DNA of 37,495 nucleotides from positions 1 through 37,495 of the forward strand of contig CAXNAD020000038.1 in NCBI GenBank assembly GCA_964200185.2, written 5' to 3'. The position numbers were made by a program, and so were the translations under genes. This DNA comes from Choristocarpus tenellus KU-1152 (lineage: Eukaryota; Protista; Phaeophyceae). Under the pieces are notes generated by a model. That model ran no database searches. It saw nothing but the letters and a program-made list of their open reading frames with translations, and was not told where the DNA came from. Positions 37,209 to 37,495 of the stretch are shown here, piece by piece. How positions within the stretch are numbered: position 1 is the stretch's first letter; each line of letters starts with the position of its first letter.

Positions 37209-37495
37209 CTGAAACCGTAACTCCGACATCATCTGATCATGTCCCAACCCCACGACCCCGTGTCCAGAGGTTAAAATTATAATTGATCTATGTTTTTTTT
37301 TATTGTGTTACCAACATCATCAATAGTGCTCACCTGATAGTGCGATGAGTTCCACTCTTATTTTTATAATATTTCAAAAAAAATTTAAAAAAAAAAAAAA
37401 ACACACAAAAAAGACAAGCTAAACTTAAAAAAAAAAAAAAGAGAACAAAAACAAAAAAATAGTGAAGGATAGTAACTCAACTCTATGGAAATCAC

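Noticed and set aside
1-37495. Fanzor/TnpB, tyrosine recombinase, Helitron Rep or intact viral genes
   Set aside because: No recognisable RuvC, recombinase or HUH motifs were seen in the ORF track or the frames translated by hand; highly decayed copies cannot be excluded without profile searches.

Overview
Eukaryotic, intron-rich nuclear DNA, most likely from a photosynthetic stramenopile (brown-alga-like), inferred from a bipartite plastid-targeting presequence. Three protein-coding genes are supported. (1) The 5' ~25 kb of a minus-strand senataxin/Sen1-like helicase gene (ATG 26331, about 20 exons traced by hand; the helicase core should lie beyond the left edge). (2) A divergently transcribed two-exon gene (26836-28338) for a probable plastid/thylakoid-lumen protein. 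(3) The 3' part of a minus-strand gene for an unknown coiled-coil/low-complexity protein (stop at 29664). The introns hold the most interesting material: five members of a MITE family with 4-bp TSDs and Sola2-like GRG...CYC termini (the larger copies have a central hairpin), a decayed Mutator-like transposase, other decayed coding-like tracts, a 21-bp minisatellite and microsatellites. A CpG-island-like patch covers the shared promoter in otherwise CpG-depleted DNA. No rRNA, tRNA, CRISPR array or intact mobile-element ORF was found. Exon boundaries and family assignments come from reading and motif recognition, not database searches.
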